Assembly: GCF_058153355.1 (NCBI RefSeq)
Contig: NZ_CM177019.1
DNA length: 64,000 nucleotides
Direction: 5' to 3' (one strand)
This document shows, in pieces, positions 26,095-39,847 of the stretch. The notes under the pieces were generated by a model, which saw only the letters and a program-made list of their open reading frames with translations, was not told the DNA's origin and ran no database searches. The first letter of the stretch is position 1, and each line of letters starts with the position of its first letter. The position numbers and the translations under genes were made by a program.

Positions 26095-27795
26095 TTACAT
26101 TAGCTGGCTTTCCTCACCCTCCGCAGAGCGAAAGCTAATACTCACTAACGTGCCGCCACCGGAAGGTTGTGAAAAAGTCAGCGTTCCACCCAGTCGTTCC
26201 GCGCGTTCGCGCATAATATTCAGACCATAGTGACCTTCGGGTTCTTTCGGTTCTCCGATGCCAATCCCGTTATCACGGATATAGACTGTGTGATTGCCGT
26301 CCGGCGCGGTGACGCAACTAACGGCTATTTCGCTGGCGTTGGCGTGCTTCATCGCATTGAGTACCGCTTCGCGAATAATTTGCAACAAATGCACCTGCAT
26401 TTGCGCATCCAGCGCCAGTGTTGGCAGACGGCAGTCGAGAGTCAGTTTTGCGCTGGTTTGATTTTGTAACGTATCCAGCATTTCCCGCAACGCGGAGGGA
26501 AGATCCGCTTGCTGCAGCGTCAGGCGGAACGTGGTCAACAGCTCGCGTAACTGTCGATAAGCATCATTCAATGCCTGGGAGAAATCGGCCATGATATTTT
26601 GTGCGGTGGCGTTATCTTCCGGTATCGAACGTTTAAGTAACGTCAACTGGATACGTAAGTAAGAAAGCACCTGGGCCAGCGAATCATGTAATTCCCGTGC
26701 GATGGTGGCACGTTCTTCCATCAACAGTAACTGCTGAAAATGCTTCTGCGCCTGATTAAAGTACAAACCGCGCCCCAGCATCGACGAAACGCTGTTAAGC
26801 AGCGGTTCTGATGATGACACGTGGCTATTTTGCCAGTGCAGTTCGCCGTAAACCGTCTCTTGCATCGTTACCGGTAAAATCTGCATCGGCAATTCGGGGT
26901 TTGGTTTCCCTTCACTAATCCGCCAGTTTTCACCGACATTCAATTCCAGATATTCAGCCGCTTCATTGTCGCGAACAATCTGCAAAATATGGCGGAAACA
27001 ATGCACATCTATCTGGCTGGTGTTCAGCGCCTGCGAACACTGATACAACACCTCCAGGCGACGCTTGGCCTCGTGGAGATCACGGGTTTTTTCTTCTACT
27101 GACGCTTCCAGCGAACGATACAATTTATGCAGCTCGCTCGACATCTGGTTAAAGGTTTTGGCCAACAGTCCCAGCTCATTGGGCAGACTGGTATCCAGCG
27201 GCGGCGAATCGAACTGGCCGTGTTCAATACGCTGACTGGCGGTAACCAGCTGATTCAGCGGGGCAACCACCTGATGGCGTATGCGGCGCAGAGTAAAAAA
27301 GACCAGCGTGAAAATACCGATGCCGCCAGTCAGGGAGATCGCCACCACCAGCAGCATTTTGCGTTCGGCGTAGTGCTGTAAAGCCAGCACGAACAGGTCT
27401 ATCTGATTAACATAATTATTAATATTGGCCTGATACCACGGCAAATCGCCCTTGCTGAGCCGATTATTCATCTCCAGCCAGTTGGCATTCAGATGCGCAT
27501 AGCGGGTTTTTACTGCCTCTGGCACATACCAGACGTTGAGATTGGTTAACACCGGTGAGTGCAGTGCCTGTTGGAACAGCTGGCGATGCGCATTGAGTTG
27601 TGGACTGCCGCTTTGCAAGTCGTAGCCTAGGCGGTAACTCTGCATACGCAACGATCCGGCAATATTGATAGCCTCAGCGTCGCGCAAACTGCTCGCCAGA
27701 GTTAGCAGTGCGATACCCGTGGAAAGAATCGACAGCAGCACAATGTAAAAAAAGGCCCGGGCCAAACTGGCCGAGACGGGGCGTTTAACAATCAC
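26095..27795 (-). CDS. narQ: Nitrate/nitrite sensor histidine kinase NarQ
   Basis: ORF with two TM segments, HAMP and HisKA_3/HATPase regions; start set at GTG (MIVKRPVSASLARAFFYIV, 566 aa), could be 5 codons longer. Confidence 0.88.
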   Translation of the reverse strand: MIVKRPVSASLARAFFYIVLLSILSTGIALLTLASSLRDAEAINIAGSLRMQSYRLGYDLQSGSPQLNAHRQLFQQALHSPVLTNLNVWYVPEAVKTRYAHLNANWLEMNNRLSKGDLPWYQANINNYVNQIDLFVLALQHYAERKMLLVVAISLTGGIGIFTLVFFTLRRIRHQVVAPLNQLVTASQRIEHGQFDSPPLDTSLPNELGLLAKTFNQMSSELHKLYRSLEASVEEKTRDLHEAKRRLEVLYQCSQALNTSQIDVHCFRHILQIVRDNEAAEYLELNVGENWRISEGKPNPELPMQILPVTMQETVYGELHWQNSHVSSSEPLLNSVSSMLGRGLYFNQAQKHFQQLLLMEERATIARELHDSLAQVLSYLRIQLTLLKRSIPEDNATAQNIMADFSQALNDAYRQLRELLTTFRLTLQQADLPSALREMLDTLQNQTSAKLTLDCRLPTLALDAQMQVHLLQIIREAVLNAMKHANASEIAVSCVTAPDGNHTVYIRDNGIGIGEPKEPEGHYGLNIMRERAERLGGTLTFSQPSGGGTLVSISFRSAEGEESQLM

Positions 27796-28000
27796 ACGCG
27801 TCTTCTCCACATAAAATCATTAATGTTCCAGTTTGCTGAAATGCAATTTAATCAGTGATGGGATTATTTGATCTGCCACAGTTTATAGCGAAATAGTGAC
27901 TTATTCTGGGCACATGAACATTGCCGATTCCCCTGTAAGTCGGGTAATAACAACACTCATATAAAGAATAAGGTTTTTACAACCAAAAAAGAAGGTCGTT

Positions 28001-29980
28001 ATGAATCGTTTTATTATGGCCAACAGTCAGCAATGTCTGGGTTGTCATGCTTGTGAAATCGCCTGTGTCATGGCTCACAATGATGAGCAACATGTCCTGA
28101 GCCAACACCATTTTCATCCCCGAATTACGGTTATCAAACATCAGCAGCAACGTAGTGCGGTGACCTGTCACCATTGCGAAGATGCGCCCTGCGCCCGTAG
28201 TTGCCCTAATGGCGCGATCAGCCATGTTGATGACAGCATTCAGGTCAATCAGCAAAAGTGTATTGGCTGTAAATCCTGCGTGGTAGCTTGTCCATTTGGT
28301 ACGATGCAAATCGTCCTGACACCCGTCGCGGCAGGCAAAGTTAAAGCCACGGCGCATAAATGCGACCTTTGTGCAGGTCGCGAAAGTGGTCCTGCCTGTG
28401 TCGAGAATTGTCCGGCGGACGCTCTGCAACTGGTCACTGACGCCGCACTCTCCGGCATAGCGAAATCTCGCCGCCTGCGCACCGCACGTCAGGAGCATCA
28501 ACCGTGGCATGCCAGTACTGGGGCACCAGAAATGCCGGCGATGAGTAAAGTCGAGCAAATGCAGGCAACCCCCGCGCGAGGCGAGCCGGATAAACTGGCG
28601 ATTGAAGCGCGCAAAACTGGTTTTGATGAAATTTATCTGCCATTTCGCGCCGACCAGGCACAACGGGAAGCCTCGCGTTGCCTGAAGTGCGGCGAGCACA
28701 GCGTTTGTGAATGGACCTGCCCTCTGCATAACCACATTCCGCAGTGGATAGAGCTGGTGAAAGCCGGAAATATCGACGCCGCCGTCGAGCTTTCTCACCA
28801 GACCAACACCCTGCCAGAAATTACCGGACGCGTTTGCCCGCAAGACCGTCTGTGCGAAGGAGCCTGCACCATTCGCGATGAGCACGGAGCGGTAACTATC
28901 GGCAACATCGAACGCTACATTTCGGATCAGGCGTTGGCGAAAGGTTGGCGTCCTGACTTAAGCCATGTCACCAAAGTGGATAAGCGGGTGGCGATTATCG
29001 GTGCAGGTCCGGCAGGGCTAGCCTGTGCGGATGTTCTGATCCGCAATGGCGTGGAGGTGACGGTGTACGATCGCCATCCAGAAATCGGTGGCCTGCTCAC
29101 CTTCGGCATTCCTTCTTTCAAACTGGATAAGTCCCTGCTGGCGCGTCGCCGGGAAATCTTCAGCGCGATGGGGATTCACTTCGAACTCAATTGTGAAGTG
29201 GGTAAAGATGTCTCTTTGGATTCGCTTTTGGAACAATACGACGCGGTCTTCGTTGGCGTAGGCACTTACCGTTCCATGAAAGCGGGTTTACCTAATGAAG
29301 ATGCGCCGGGCGTTTATGACGCGCTGCCATTCCTCATCGCCAACACTAAACAGGTGATGGGACTTGAAGAGTTACCTGAAGAGCCGTTTATCAATACCGC
29401 CGGACTCAATGTCGTGGTACTGGGCGGTGGCGACACCGCGATGGACTGTGTGCGTACCGCGCTGCGCCATGGCGCGAGTAACGTCACCTGTGCCTATCGT
29501 CGTGATGAAGCTAACATGCCTGGCTCGAAGAAGGAGGTGAAGAACGCCCGCGAAGAGGGGGCAAACTTCGAATTTAACGTCCAGCCGGTGGCGCTTGAGC
29601 TGAATGAGCAAGGTCATGTTTGCGGAATTCGTTTCCTGCGTACGCGTCTTGGCGAGCCGGATGCCCAGGGGCGTCGGCGTCCGGTGCCGGTGGAAGGCAG
29701 TGAGTTTGTGATGCCAGCCGATGCGGTGATCATGGCATTTGGTTTTAATCCTCATGGTATGCCGTGGCTGGAGTCGCACGGTGTAACGGTGGATAAATGG
29801 GGCCGCATCATCGCGGATGTGGAAAGCCAGTACCGTTACCAGACCACGAATCCGAAAATCTTCGCAGGTGGCGATGCCGTGCGTGGTGCGGATCTGGTGG
29901 TTACCGCAATGGCAGAAGGACGTCATGCGGCACAGGGGATCATTGACTGGCTGGGGATAAAATCAGTCAAATCTCACTAA
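28001..29980 (+). CDS. aegA: Putative oxidoreductase AegA (Fe-S cluster and FAD/NAD-binding, GltD-like)
   Basis: 659-aa ORF with N-terminal ferredoxin Cys clusters and C-terminal GltD-like dinucleotide-binding domain. Confidence 0.88.
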   Translation: MNRFIMANSQQCLGCHACEIACVMAHNDEQHVLSQHHFHPRITVIKHQQQRSAVTCHHCEDAPCARSCPNGAISHVDDSIQVNQQKCIGCKSCVVACPFGTMQIVLTPVAAGKVKATAHKCDLCAGRESGPACVENCPADALQLVTDAALSGIAKSRRLRTARQEHQPWHASTGAPEMPAMSKVEQMQATPARGEPDKLAIEARKTGFDEIYLPFRADQAQREASRCLKCGEHSVCEWTCPLHNHIPQWIELVKAGNIDAAVELSHQTNTLPEITGRVCPQDRLCEGACTIRDEHGAVTIGNIERYISDQALAKGWRPDLSHVTKVDKRVAIIGAGPAGLACADVLIRNGVEVTVYDRHPEIGGLLTFGIPSFKLDKSLLARRREIFSAMGIHFELNCEVGKDVSLDSLLEQYDAVFVGVGTYRSMKAGLPNEDAPGVYDALPFLIANTKQVMGLEELPEEPFINTAGLNVVVLGGGDTAMDCVRTALRHGASNVTCAYRRDEANMPGSKKEVKNAREEGANFEFNVQPVALELNEQGHVCGIRFLRTRLGEPDAQGRRRPVPVEGSEFVMPADAVIMAFGFNPHGMPWLESHGVTVDKWGRIIADVESQYRYQTTNPKIFAGGDAVRGADLVVTAMAEGRHAAQGIIDWLGIKSVKSH

Positions 29981-30047
29981 TAGCCTGCGCAGACAAATCC
30001 GGCTTCACAGCGTAAGATAATTGTTCATTTCGCGCTGTGGAGTCGGT

Positions 30048-30623
30048 ATGACGCAACAAATCACCCTCATCAAAGACAAAATTCTCTCCGATAACTATTT
30101 CACCCTGCACAACATAACTTACGATCTCACGCGAAAAGATGGCGAAGTTATCCGCCATAAACGTGAAGTTTACGATCGCGGTAATGGTGCAACGATCCTC
30201 CTGTACAACGCGAAGAAAAAGACCGTGGTTCTGATTCGTCAGTTCCGCGTCGCTACCTGGGTTAATGGCAATGAAAGCGGGCAGCTGATTGAAACCTGCG
30301 CCGGGCTGCTGGATAACGACGAACCGGAAGTGTGTATTCGTAAAGAAGCGATTGAAGAGACGGGGTATGAAGTTGGCGAAGTGCGCAAATTATTTGAACT
30401 GTATATGTCGCCAGGCGGTGTGACTGAGCTAATCCACTTTTTTATCGCCGAATACAGTGACAGCCAGCGCGCTAATGCGGGCGGTGGTGTCGAAGATGAA
30501 GATATTGAAGTGCTCGAGCTGCCGTTCAGCCAGGCGCTGGAGATGATCAAAACCGGCGAGATACGTGACGGTAAGACGATGTTATTGCTTAACTATTTGC
30601 AAACATCACATTTAATGGACTGA
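30048..30623 (+). CDS. nudK: GDP-mannose pyrophosphatase NudK (Nudix hydrolase)
   Basis: [27 protein letters not shown]... with Nudix box ([24 protein letters not shown]). Confidence 0.88.
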   Translation: MTQQITLIKDKILSDNYFTLHNITYDLTRKDGEVIRHKREVYDRGNGATILLYNAKKKTVVLIRQFRVATWVNGNESGQLIETCAGLLDNDEPEVCIRKEAIEETGYEVGEVRKLFELYMSPGGVTELIHFFIAEYSDSQRANAGGGVEDEDIEVLELPFSQALEMIKTGEIRDGKTMLLLNYLQTSHLMD

Positions 30624-30748
30624 AAAATAACAATAATATTTCGTTGTTTATTATTGGCTCAATCCGATAAATCCGATTGAGCCGCGCTACCTGCGCAACG
30701 AAGATACGACTTGTGCTGTTTGTTTGAACTTCTGGGGTCGTACCGTCC

Positions 30749-31792
30749 ATGCGCTATCGCATTTTCCTTCTCTTTTTTTTCGCTTTGTTGCCGACGTCTT
30801 TGGTGTGGGCGGCACCAGCGCAACGGGCATTTTCCGACTGGCAGGTCACCTGTAATAATCAAAATTTCTGTGTGGCGCGCAATACGGGCAATCATAATGG
30901 ACTGGTGATGACCCTGAGCCGCAGCGCCGGGGCGCATACCGATGCCGTTTTACGTATTGAGCGCGGCGGGTTGAAGTCGCCGGATGCGTCAGAAGGGGAG
31001 ATAGCGCCACGGCTGCTGTTAGATGGCGAGCCGTTGGCGTTAAGTGGTGACAAGTGGCGGATTTCACCATGGTTATTAGTAACCGATGATACGACAACCA
31101 TCACCGCGTTTTTGCAGATGATTCAGGAAGGGAAAGCGATCACCTTACGCGACGGCGATCAGACCATTTCACTGAGTGGCTTAAAAGCAGCGTTGTTGTT
31201 TATTGATGCCCAGCAAAAGCGCCTCGGCAGTGAAACTGCGTGGATCAAGAAAGGGGACGAACCGCCGCTCAGTGTACCGCCAGCGCCTGCGCTAAAAGAG
31301 GTCGCGGTAGTGAACCCGACGCCGACCCCACTTTCTCGTGAAGAACGTAACGATTTGCTGGATTACGGTAACTGGCGGATGAATGGTCTGCGCTGTTCGC
31401 TTGATCCGTTGCGTCGTGAAGTGAATGTGACTGCGCTGACCGACGATAAAGCATTAATGATGATTAGCTGTGAAGCAGGCGCGTATAACACCATTGATCT
31501 TGCGTGGATTGTGTCGCGTAAAAAGCCACTGGCCTCGCGCCCGGTACGGTTGCGTTTACCGTTCAACAACGGTCAGGAGACCAATGAACTGGAACTGATG
31601 AACGCAACATTCGATGAAAAATCGCGTGAACTGGTGACCTTAGCGAAAGGGCGCGGATTAAGCGATTGTGGCATTCAGGCGCGCTGGCGCTTTGACGGTC
31701 AGCGTTTTCGCCTGGTGCGTTACGCCGCAGAACCCACCTGCGATAACTGGCATGGGCCAGACGCCTGGCCCACGTTGTGGATCACCCGTTAA
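30749..31792 (+). CDS. ypfG: DUF1176 periplasmic protein YpfG
   Basis: 347-aa ORF with signal peptide MRYRIFLLFFFALLPTSLVWA. Confidence 0.85.
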   Translation: MRYRIFLLFFFALLPTSLVWAAPAQRAFSDWQVTCNNQNFCVARNTGNHNGLVMTLSRSAGAHTDAVLRIERGGLKSPDASEGEIAPRLLLDGEPLALSGDKWRISPWLLVTDDTTTITAFLQMIQEGKAITLRDGDQTISLSGLKAALLFIDAQQKRLGSETAWIKKGDEPPLSVPPAPALKEVAVVNPTPTPLSREERNDLLDYGNWRMNGLRCSLDPLRREVNVTALTDDKALMMISCEAGAYNTIDLAWIVSRKKPLASRPVRLRLPFNNGQETNELELMNATFDEKSRELVTLAKGRGLSDCGIQARWRFDGQRFRLVRYAAEPTCDNWHGPDAWPTLWITR

Positions 31793-31795
31793 ACA

Positions 31796-31852
31796 TAATA
31801 GCGGGAACATGTCAGCCTGATAAGACGCGTCAGGCCGGATAAGACGCGGTAG
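31796..31852. repeat. REP sequences (IS copy B insertion target)
   Basis: GCCTGATAAGACGCGTCAGGC and CGGATAAGACGCGGTAG units abutting the IS end. Confidence 0.75.
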
Positions 31853-31908
31853 ATACTGTTATGGCCTGCAAGTTTTTTTCTACCCCGGTTTCCCAGATTG
31901 CAGGCATG

Positions 31909-33186
<1,278 letters not shown>

Positions 33187-35190
33187 TCAGGCACCTTTCA
33201 CTCCCAGTACCTTATGCGCTTTTGCCACAATATTCTCGGCGGTAAAGCCAAAGAACGGGAACAGCTTATCCGCAGGAGCAGATTCCCCATAACCCGTCAT
33301 CCCGACAATTGCCCCTTTCAGACCAACATATTTGTACCAGTAATCGGCGATGCCTGCTTCCACCGCCACGCGAGCCGCAACGTTAGAAGGCAACACCGAC
33401 TCCCGATATTCCTCATCCTGGGCGTCGAAAATATCGGTCGAGGGCAGGGAAACTACGCGTACATTGCGACCTTCTCCCGCTAATTTCTCCGCTGCTTGCA
33501 AGGTGATTTCCATCTCTGAACCAGTGGCAATCAAAATAATATCCGGCTTGCCGCCGCTGTCTTTCAACACATAACCACCGCGGGCAATCTCTTTTACCTG
33601 ATCTGGCGTACGTTCCACCTGGGCCAGATTCTGTCTTGAGAGGATCAGCGCCGTCGGCCCGTTGTGACGCTCGACCGCCAGCTTCCAGCCCACCGCAGCT
33701 TCCACCTGATCACACGGTCGCCAGGTGCTGAAATTCGGCGTTAAGCGCAGACTTGCAAGTTGTTCAACCGCCTGGTGCGTCGGACCATCCTCCCCCAGAC
33801 CAATTGAGTCGTGGGTATAAACCATAATTTGCCGCGCTTTCATCAGTGCCGCCATCCGCGCGGCGTTACGAGCGTATTCAACAAACATCAGGAACGTCGC
33901 GGTATACGGCACAAAGCCGCCGTGGTGCGCGATGCCGTTGGCGATGGCGGTCATGCCAAATTCACGTACCCCGTAGTGAATATAATTCCCCGCTGGATCT
34001 TCCTTCAGCGACACAGAACCTTTCCAGATGGTGAGGTTACTGGGAGCCAGATCCGCCGAACCGCCAAGCAGTTCAGGCAGCATTGGCCCGTAAGCGTTAA
34101 GCGTATTTTGCGAAGCCTTACGGGTAGCGATCTTCGCAGGATTCGCCTGCAACTCATTGATATATTTCTGCGTCGTTTTCTCCCAGTCTTTCGGTAAACC
34201 ACCGCTCATCCGGCGAGTAAACTCTTCTGCCAGTTGCGGATGAGCCTTTTTATACGCGGCAAACTTCTCATTCCATCTCTGCTGCGCTTTTTCGCCTTTT
34301 TCGCGGGCATCCCAGGCGTGATAAATCTCTTTGGGGATCTCAAATGGCGGATGGTGCCAGCCCAGTTTCTGTCGAGCCAGCGCCACCTCTTCTTCACCCA
34401 GCGGTGCGCCGTGCGCCTCTTCTTTACCTGCTTTATTCGGTGAACCAAAGCCAATCACCGTACGGCAGATAATCAGCGATGGCTTATCTTTTACGCTTTG
34501 CGCTTCAAGAATCGCTTCCTTCACCGCCTGCGGATCGTGACCGTCGATTTCATGGATCACATGCCAGTGATAGGCTTCAAAACGTTTTGCCGTATCGTCG
34601 GTAAACCAGCCTTCGGTTTCACCGTCGATGGAAATACCATTGTGATCGTAAAAACCAATCAGCTTGCCCAGCCCCAGCGTGCCCGCCAGCGAACAGACTT
34701 CGTGAGAAATACCTTCCATCAGGCAGCCGTCACCCATAAACACATAGGTGAAGTGATCGACAATTTCATGATCCGGCTGGTTAAACTGCGCCGCCAGTGT
34801 ACGTTCTGCTATCGCCAGTCCGACCGCGTTCGCCAAACCTTGTCCAAGTGGACCGGTGGTGGTTTCAACACCAGGCGTATAGCCAATCTCCGGGTGACCA
34901 GGGGTTTTCGAATGCAACTGACGGAAGTTCTTCAGCTCTTCCAGCGGCAGGTCGTAACCGGTCAGATGAAGCAAACTGTAGAGCAGCATCGACGCGTGAC
35001 CGTTAGAGAGAATAAAGCGGTCGCGATCATACCAGGTTGGATCGGTGGGGTTATGTTTAAGAAAATCGTTCCACAGCACTTCGGCAATATCAGCCATGCC
35101 CATCGGCGCGCCGGGATGACCAGAATTGGCTTTTTGTACCGCATCCATACTGAGCGCGCGAATCGCATTGGCAAGGTCTTTTCGGGACAT
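33187..35190 (-). CDS. tktB: Transketolase 2
   Basis: ORF 33187-35253; start set at [27 protein letters not shown] (667 aa); TPP-binding motifs. Confidence 0.92.
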   Translation of the reverse strand: MSRKDLANAIRALSMDAVQKANSGHPGAPMGMADIAEVLWNDFLKHNPTDPTWYDRDRFILSNGHASMLLYSLLHLTGYDLPLEELKNFRQLHSKTPGHPEIGYTPGVETTTGPLGQGLANAVGLAIAERTLAAQFNQPDHEIVDHFTYVFMGDGCLMEGISHEVCSLAGTLGLGKLIGFYDHNGISIDGETEGWFTDDTAKRFEAYHWHVIHEIDGHDPQAVKEAILEAQSVKDKPSLIICRTVIGFGSPNKAGKEEAHGAPLGEEEVALARQKLGWHHPPFEIPKEIYHAWDAREKGEKAQQRWNEKFAAYKKAHPQLAEEFTRRMSGGLPKDWEKTTQKYINELQANPAKIATRKASQNTLNAYGPMLPELLGGSADLAPSNLTIWKGSVSLKEDPAGNYIHYGVREFGMTAIANGIAHHGGFVPYTATFLMFVEYARNAARMAALMKARQIMVYTHDSIGLGEDGPTHQAVEQLASLRLTPNFSTWRPCDQVEAAVGWKLAVERHNGPTALILSRQNLAQVERTPDQVKEIARGGYVLKDSGGKPDIILIATGSEMEITLQAAEKLAGEGRNVRVVSLPSTDIFDAQDEEYRESVLPSNVAARVAVEAGIADYWYKYVGLKGAIVGMTGYGESAPADKLFPFFGFTAENIVAKAHKVLGVKGA

Positions 35191-35209
35191 ATAACACTCC
35201 GTGGCTGGT

Positions 35210-36160
35210 TTATAGTTTGACGGCAAGAAGATCTTCCAGTTTGCGTTGATCAACGGCGAACAGGCGGATGCCTTCAGAGAGTTTTTCTACCGCCATTGCA
35301 TCCTGATTGTGCTCCCAACGGAACTCCGCTTCGCTCATCGGGGCTGGGCGTGGGAACGTCTGAGAAGGCGGGATTAATTTACGCACTACTGGAGAAACTT
35401 TTTCCTGCAGCTCCTTCAGCAAATTCGGCGCAATAGTCAGTCGATCACAGCCGGTTAAGGCGAGGATTTGTTCGGTGCGACGGAAGCTCGCGCCCATTAC
35501 AATGGTTTCGTAGTGGTGTTGCTTATAGTAGTCGTAGATATTGCGCACTGACTTAACGCCCGGATCTTCTTCCACCACATACGGGTCCATCGGCTTACGC
35601 GCCTGATACCAGTCATAAATACGCCCGACAAACGGCGAAATCAGAAAAACGCCTGCTTCTGCACAGGCCCGCGCCTGAGCAAAAGAAAACAGTAGCGTCA
35701 GGTTGCAGTTAATACCTTCTTTTTCCAGTTCTTCTGCCGCGCGAATTCCTTCCCAGGTTGAAGCCAGCTTGATCAGAATACGTGATTTCTCAACGCCTTG
35801 TTGCTGATACAAGTCCACCAAATGGCGCGCCTTCTCAATACTTTTTTCTTTATCAAAAGAGAGGCGTGCATCAACTTCTGTTGACACGCGACCGGGTACG
35901 ATTTTGAGAATTTCAGTACCGAAATTGACCGCCAGTTTGTCACATGCAGCGACCACCTGTTGTTCCTGGGTCTTGCCATTTTTTTTACCCCAGGCGATAG
36001 CATCGTCTATTAAATGCTCATATTGTGATAATCCGGCAGCCTTGAGTAACAGCGAAGGATTGGTGGTGGCATCCTGGGGATGATAATGGCGAATGGACTC
36101 AATATCGCCACTGTCTGCCACGACAGTGGTGAACTGTTTGATGCCGTCTAACTCGTTCAT
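35210..36160 (-). CDS. talA: Transaldolase A
   Basis: 316-aa [26 protein letters not shown]... Confidence 0.92.
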   Translation of the reverse strand: MNELDGIKQFTTVVADSGDIESIRHYHPQDATTNPSLLLKAAGLSQYEHLIDDAIAWGKKNGKTQEQQVVAACDKLAVNFGTEILKIVPGRVSTEVDARLSFDKEKSIEKARHLVDLYQQQGVEKSRILIKLASTWEGIRAAEELEKEGINCNLTLLFSFAQARACAEAGVFLISPFVGRIYDWYQARKPMDPYVVEEDPGVKSVRNIYDYYKQHHYETIVMGASFRRTEQILALTGCDRLTIAPNLLKELQEKVSPVVRKLIPPSQTFPRPAPMSEAEFRWEHNQDAMAVEKLSEGIRLFAVDQRKLEDLLAVKL

Positions 36161-36447
36161 AGGAAATACTCCTTGAAAAGTAAAGTGTTAGATGAGTGCG
36201 TTAATTCACACTTCTGAGAAATTTCGCTAAACGCATCAAAAAAGCATAGCAGACAGGCATGGTATTGCTGGATTAAGCAGGTAACATCAGTGTTATAGGA
36301 TTATTACCAAAACATTATGTTAATGGTGAGAGTTTGGACTTGCTCAAAGTCTGTAGGCTCCGGCAAGGTAATAATGTGCGCCACGTTGTGGGCAAGGCTG
36401 TTGCTCACACACTTTATTTGTGAACGTTACGTGAAAGGAACAACCAA

Positions 36448-38727
36448 ATGGATGACCAGTTAAAACAAAGTGCACTTGATTTCCATGAATTTCCAGTTCC
36501 AGGGAAAATCCAGGTTTCTCCAACCAAGCCTCTGGCAACGCAGCGCGATCTGGCGCTGGCCTACTCACCAGGCGTTGCCGCACCTTGTCTAGAAATCGAA
36601 AAAGACCCGTTAAAAGCCTACAAATATACCGCTCGTGGTAACCTGGTGGCGGTGATCTCTAACGGTACGGCGGTGCTGGGGTTAGGCAACATTGGCGCGC
36701 TGGCAGGCAAACCGGTGATGGAAGGCAAGGGCGTTCTGTTTAAGAAATTCGCCGGGATTGATGTATTTGACATTGAAGTTGATGAACTTGACCCGGACAA
36801 ATTTATTGAAGTCGTCGCTGCGCTCGAACCGACCTTCGGCGGCATCAACCTCGAAGACATTAAAGCGCCAGAATGTTTCTATATTGAACAGAAACTGCGC
36901 GAGCGGATGAATATTCCAGTATTCCACGACGATCAGCACGGCACGGCAATTATCAGCACTGCAGCCATCCTCAACGGATTGCGCGTGGTGGAGAAAAACA
37001 TCTCCGACGTGCGAATGGTGGTTTCCGGCGCGGGTGCAGCAGCAATTGCCTGTATGAACCTGCTGGTAGCGCTGGGGCTGCAAAAACATAACATCGTGGT
37101 TTGTGATTCAAAAGGCGTTATCTATCAGGGCCGTGAGCCAAATATGGCGGAAACCAAAGCCGCATATGCGGTGGTGGATGACGGCAAACGTACCCTCGAT
37201 GATGTAATTGAAGGCGCGGATATTTTCCTGGGCTGTTCCGGCCCGAAAGTGCTGACCCAGGAAATGGTTAAGAAAATGGCTCGTGCGCCGATGATCCTGG
37301 CGCTTGCAAACCCGGAACCAGAAATTCTGCCGCCGCTGGCGAAAGAAGTGCGTCCGGATGCCATCATCTGTACCGGCCGTTCCGACTACCCGAACCAGGT
37401 TAATAACGTGCTTTGCTTCCCGTTCATCTTCCGTGGCGCGTTGGACGTTGGTGCAACTGCCATCAACGAGGAAATGAAACTGGCGGCGGTACGCGCGATT
37501 GCAGAACTGGCCCATGCGGAACAGAGCGAAGTCGTTGCTTCGGCGTATGGCGATCAAGATTTGAGCTTCGGTCCGGAATACATCATTCCAAAACCGTTTG
37601 ATCCGCGTTTGATCGTTAAGATCGCTCCTGCGGTCGCTAAAGCGGCGATGGAGTCGGGCGTGGCGACGCGTCCGATTGCTGATTTCGACGTCTACATCGA
37701 CAAGCTGACTGAGTTCGTTTACAAAACCAACCTGTTTATGAAGCCGATTTTCTCCCAGGCCCGCAAAGCGCCGAAGCGCGTTGTTTTGCCGGAAGGGGAA
37801 GAGGCTCGCGTTCTGCATGCTACTCAGGAACTGGTGACGCTGGGACTGGCGAAACCGATCCTTATCGGTCGTCCGAACGTGATCGAAATGCGCATTCAAA
37901 AACTGGGCTTGCAGATCAAAGCGGGCGTTGATTTTGAGATCGTCAATAACGAATCCGATCCGCGTTTTAAAGAATACTGGACCGAATACTTCCAGATCAT
38001 GAAGCGCCGTGGTGTAACTCAGGAGCAGGCACAGCGGGCGCTGATCAGTAACCCGACAGTGATCGGCGCGATCATGGTTCAGCGTGGCGAAGCCGATGCA
38101 ATGATTTGCGGTACGGTGGGTGATTATCATGAACACTTCAGCGTGGTGAAAAATGTCTTTGGTTATCGCGATGGCGTTCACACCGCAGGTGCAATGAACG
38201 CGCTGCTATTGCCGAGTGGTAACACTTTTATTGCCGATACCTACGTCAATGACGAGCCAGACGCAGAAGAGCTGGCGGAGATCACCTTGATGGCGGCAGA
38301 AACTGTTCGTCGTTTTGGTATTGAGCCGCGTGTGGCTCTGTTGTCGCACTCCAACTTTGGTTCTTCTGACTGCCCGTCGTCGAGCAAAATGCGTCAAGCG
38401 CTGGAACTGGTCAGAGAGCGTGCGCCAGAACTGATGATTGATGGTGAAATGCACGGCGATGCAGCGCTGGTGGAAGCGATTCGCAGCGATCGTATGCCGG
38501 ACAGCCCTTTGAAAGGTTCCGCCAATATTCTGGTGATGCCGAACATGGAAGCTGCCCGTATTAGTTACAACTTACTGCGCGTTTCCAGCTCGGAAGGTGT
38601 GACTGTCGGTCCGGTGCTGATGGGTGTGGCGAAACCGGTTCACGTGTTAACACCAATCGCATCCGTACGTCGTATCGTCAACATGGTGGCGCTGGCCGTG
38701 GTTGAAGCGCAAACCCAACCGCTGTAA
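36448..38727 (+). CDS. maeB: NADP-dependent malic enzyme (malic enzyme plus PTA-like domain)
   Basis: 759-aa [26 protein letters not shown]... Confidence 0.93.
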   Translation: MDDQLKQSALDFHEFPVPGKIQVSPTKPLATQRDLALAYSPGVAAPCLEIEKDPLKAYKYTARGNLVAVISNGTAVLGLGNIGALAGKPVMEGKGVLFKKFAGIDVFDIEVDELDPDKFIEVVAALEPTFGGINLEDIKAPECFYIEQKLRERMNIPVFHDDQHGTAIISTAAILNGLRVVEKNISDVRMVVSGAGAAAIACMNLLVALGLQKHNIVVCDSKGVIYQGREPNMAETKAAYAVVDDGKRTLDDVIEGADIFLGCSGPKVLTQEMVKKMARAPMILALANPEPEILPPLAKEVRPDAIICTGRSDYPNQVNNVLCFPFIFRGALDVGATAINEEMKLAAVRAIAELAHAEQSEVVASAYGDQDLSFGPEYIIPKPFDPRLIVKIAPAVAKAAMESGVATRPIADFDVYIDKLTEFVYKTNLFMKPIFSQARKAPKRVVLPEGEEARVLHATQELVTLGLAKPILIGRPNVIEMRIQKLGLQIKAGVDFEIVNNESDPRFKEYWTEYFQIMKRRGVTQEQAQRALISNPTVIGAIMVQRGEADAMICGTVGDYHEHFSVVKNVFGYRDGVHTAGAMNALLLPSGNTFIADTYVNDEPDAEELAEITLMAAETVRRFGIEPRVALLSHSNFGSSDCPSSSKMRQALELVRERAPELMIDGEMHGDAALVEAIRSDRMPDSPLKGSANILVMPNMEAARISYNLLRVSSSEGVTVGPVLMGVAKPVHVLTPIASVRRIVNMVALAVVEAQTQPL

Positions 38728-38744
38728 TTCATTCTTAACTCTCA

Positions 38745-38777
38745 CGCTTACCCTGAATATTCAGGGTAAGCGGTTTT
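38745..38777 (+). terminator. Rho-independent terminator after maeB
   Basis: CGCTTACCCTGAA-tat-TCAGGGTAAGCG perfect 13-bp stem followed by GTTTT. Confidence 0.8.
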
Positions 38778-39019
38778 ACTGTAATATATTAGTAAAGCTT
38801 ATTACTAAGTTTTCGAATAATAAAAAAAGCAGCATATAAACTATCTCGATATCATTTTATTTATATTCATGCGTTGCATATGAAAGTTTATGCATCACAG
38901 TAAATATCTCTCCATTCTTAGTGATCTACCTCACCTTTTAAACGCGCTTGCCGAATTTTGTTATTTACTCTGACGAAAAATTGTCACGATACACGAAAGT
39001 TTTTCACAGGCGGCGACTC

Positions 39020-39355
39020 ATGGATAAAGAACGCATCATTCAGGAATTTGTGCCCGGCAAACAGGTCACACTGGCGCATCTCATCGCGCATCCCGGCGAG
39101 GAACTGGCGAAGAAAATCGGCGTTCCTGATGCGGGCGCAATCGGCATTATGACGCTAACTCCCGGCGAAACGGCGATGATCGCCGGTGATTTAGCACTAA
39201 AAGCCGCCGATGTGCATATCGGTTTTCTCGACCGTTTTAGCGGCGCGCTGGTGATTTATGGCTCGGTGGGTGCAGTAGAAGAAGCGTTATCACAAACCGT
39301 CAGTGGTTTAGGTCGCTTATTAAATTATACGCTTTGTGAAATGACCAAAAGTTAA
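39020..39355 (+). CDS. eutS: Ethanolamine microcompartment shell protein EutS
   Basis: [26 protein letters not shown]..., 111 aa, BMC domain. Confidence 0.88.
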
Positions 39356-39367
39356 TACGAGGCATTC

Positions 39368-39847
39368 ATGGAACGAATTGCGTTTGTGGGTACCGTCGGG
39401 GCAGGAAAAACAACGTTATTTAATGCGTTGCAGGGGAATTATACCCTCGCCAGAAAAACACAGGCCGTGGAATTTAATGATAAGGGCGATATTGATACGC
39501 CGGGTGAATATTTTAGCCATCCCCGCTGGTATCACGCCTTAATTACCACGCTACAGGATGTGGACATGCTGATTTATGTCCACGGCGCGAATGACCCGGA
39601 AAGCCGATTGCCTGCCGGGTTGCTGGATATTGGTGCCAGCAAACGGCAAATCGCCGTCATCAGTAAAACGGACATGCCGGATGCTGACGTCGCAGCAACG
39701 CGAAAGTTATTGCTTGAAACTGGTTTTGAAGAGCCGATTTTCGAGCTAAACAGCCACGACCCGCAAAGCGTGCAGCAACTGGTGAATTATCTGGCATCTC
39801 TCACCGAACAGGAGGAAGCAGGTGAAAAAACTCATCACAGCGAATGA
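39368..39847 (+). CDS. eutP: Ethanolamine utilisation GTPase/acetate-kinase-like EutP
   Basis: 159-aa ORF with P-loop GTVGAGKTT. Confidence 0.88.
   Translation: MERIAFVGTVGAGKTTLFNALQGNYTLARKTQAVEFNDKGDIDTPGEYFSHPRWYHALITTLQDVDMLIYVHGANDPESRLPAGLLDIGASKRQIAVISKTDMPDADVAATRKLLLETGFEEPIFELNSHDPQSVQQLVNYLASLTEQEEAGEKTHHSE

Noticed and set aside
35190-35253. Apparent 44-bp overlap of tktB and talA from the longest-ORF calls
   Set aside because: The tktB ORF is over-extended at its 5' end; with the [10 protein letters not shown] start there is a 19-bp gap.
37108-38181. 357-aa minus-strand ORF inside maeB
   Set aside because: Antisense to maeB; implausible composition. Same reasoning applies to 27977-28885, 34498-35220, 9048-9887, 43834-44469, 45495-46040 and 47171-47746.
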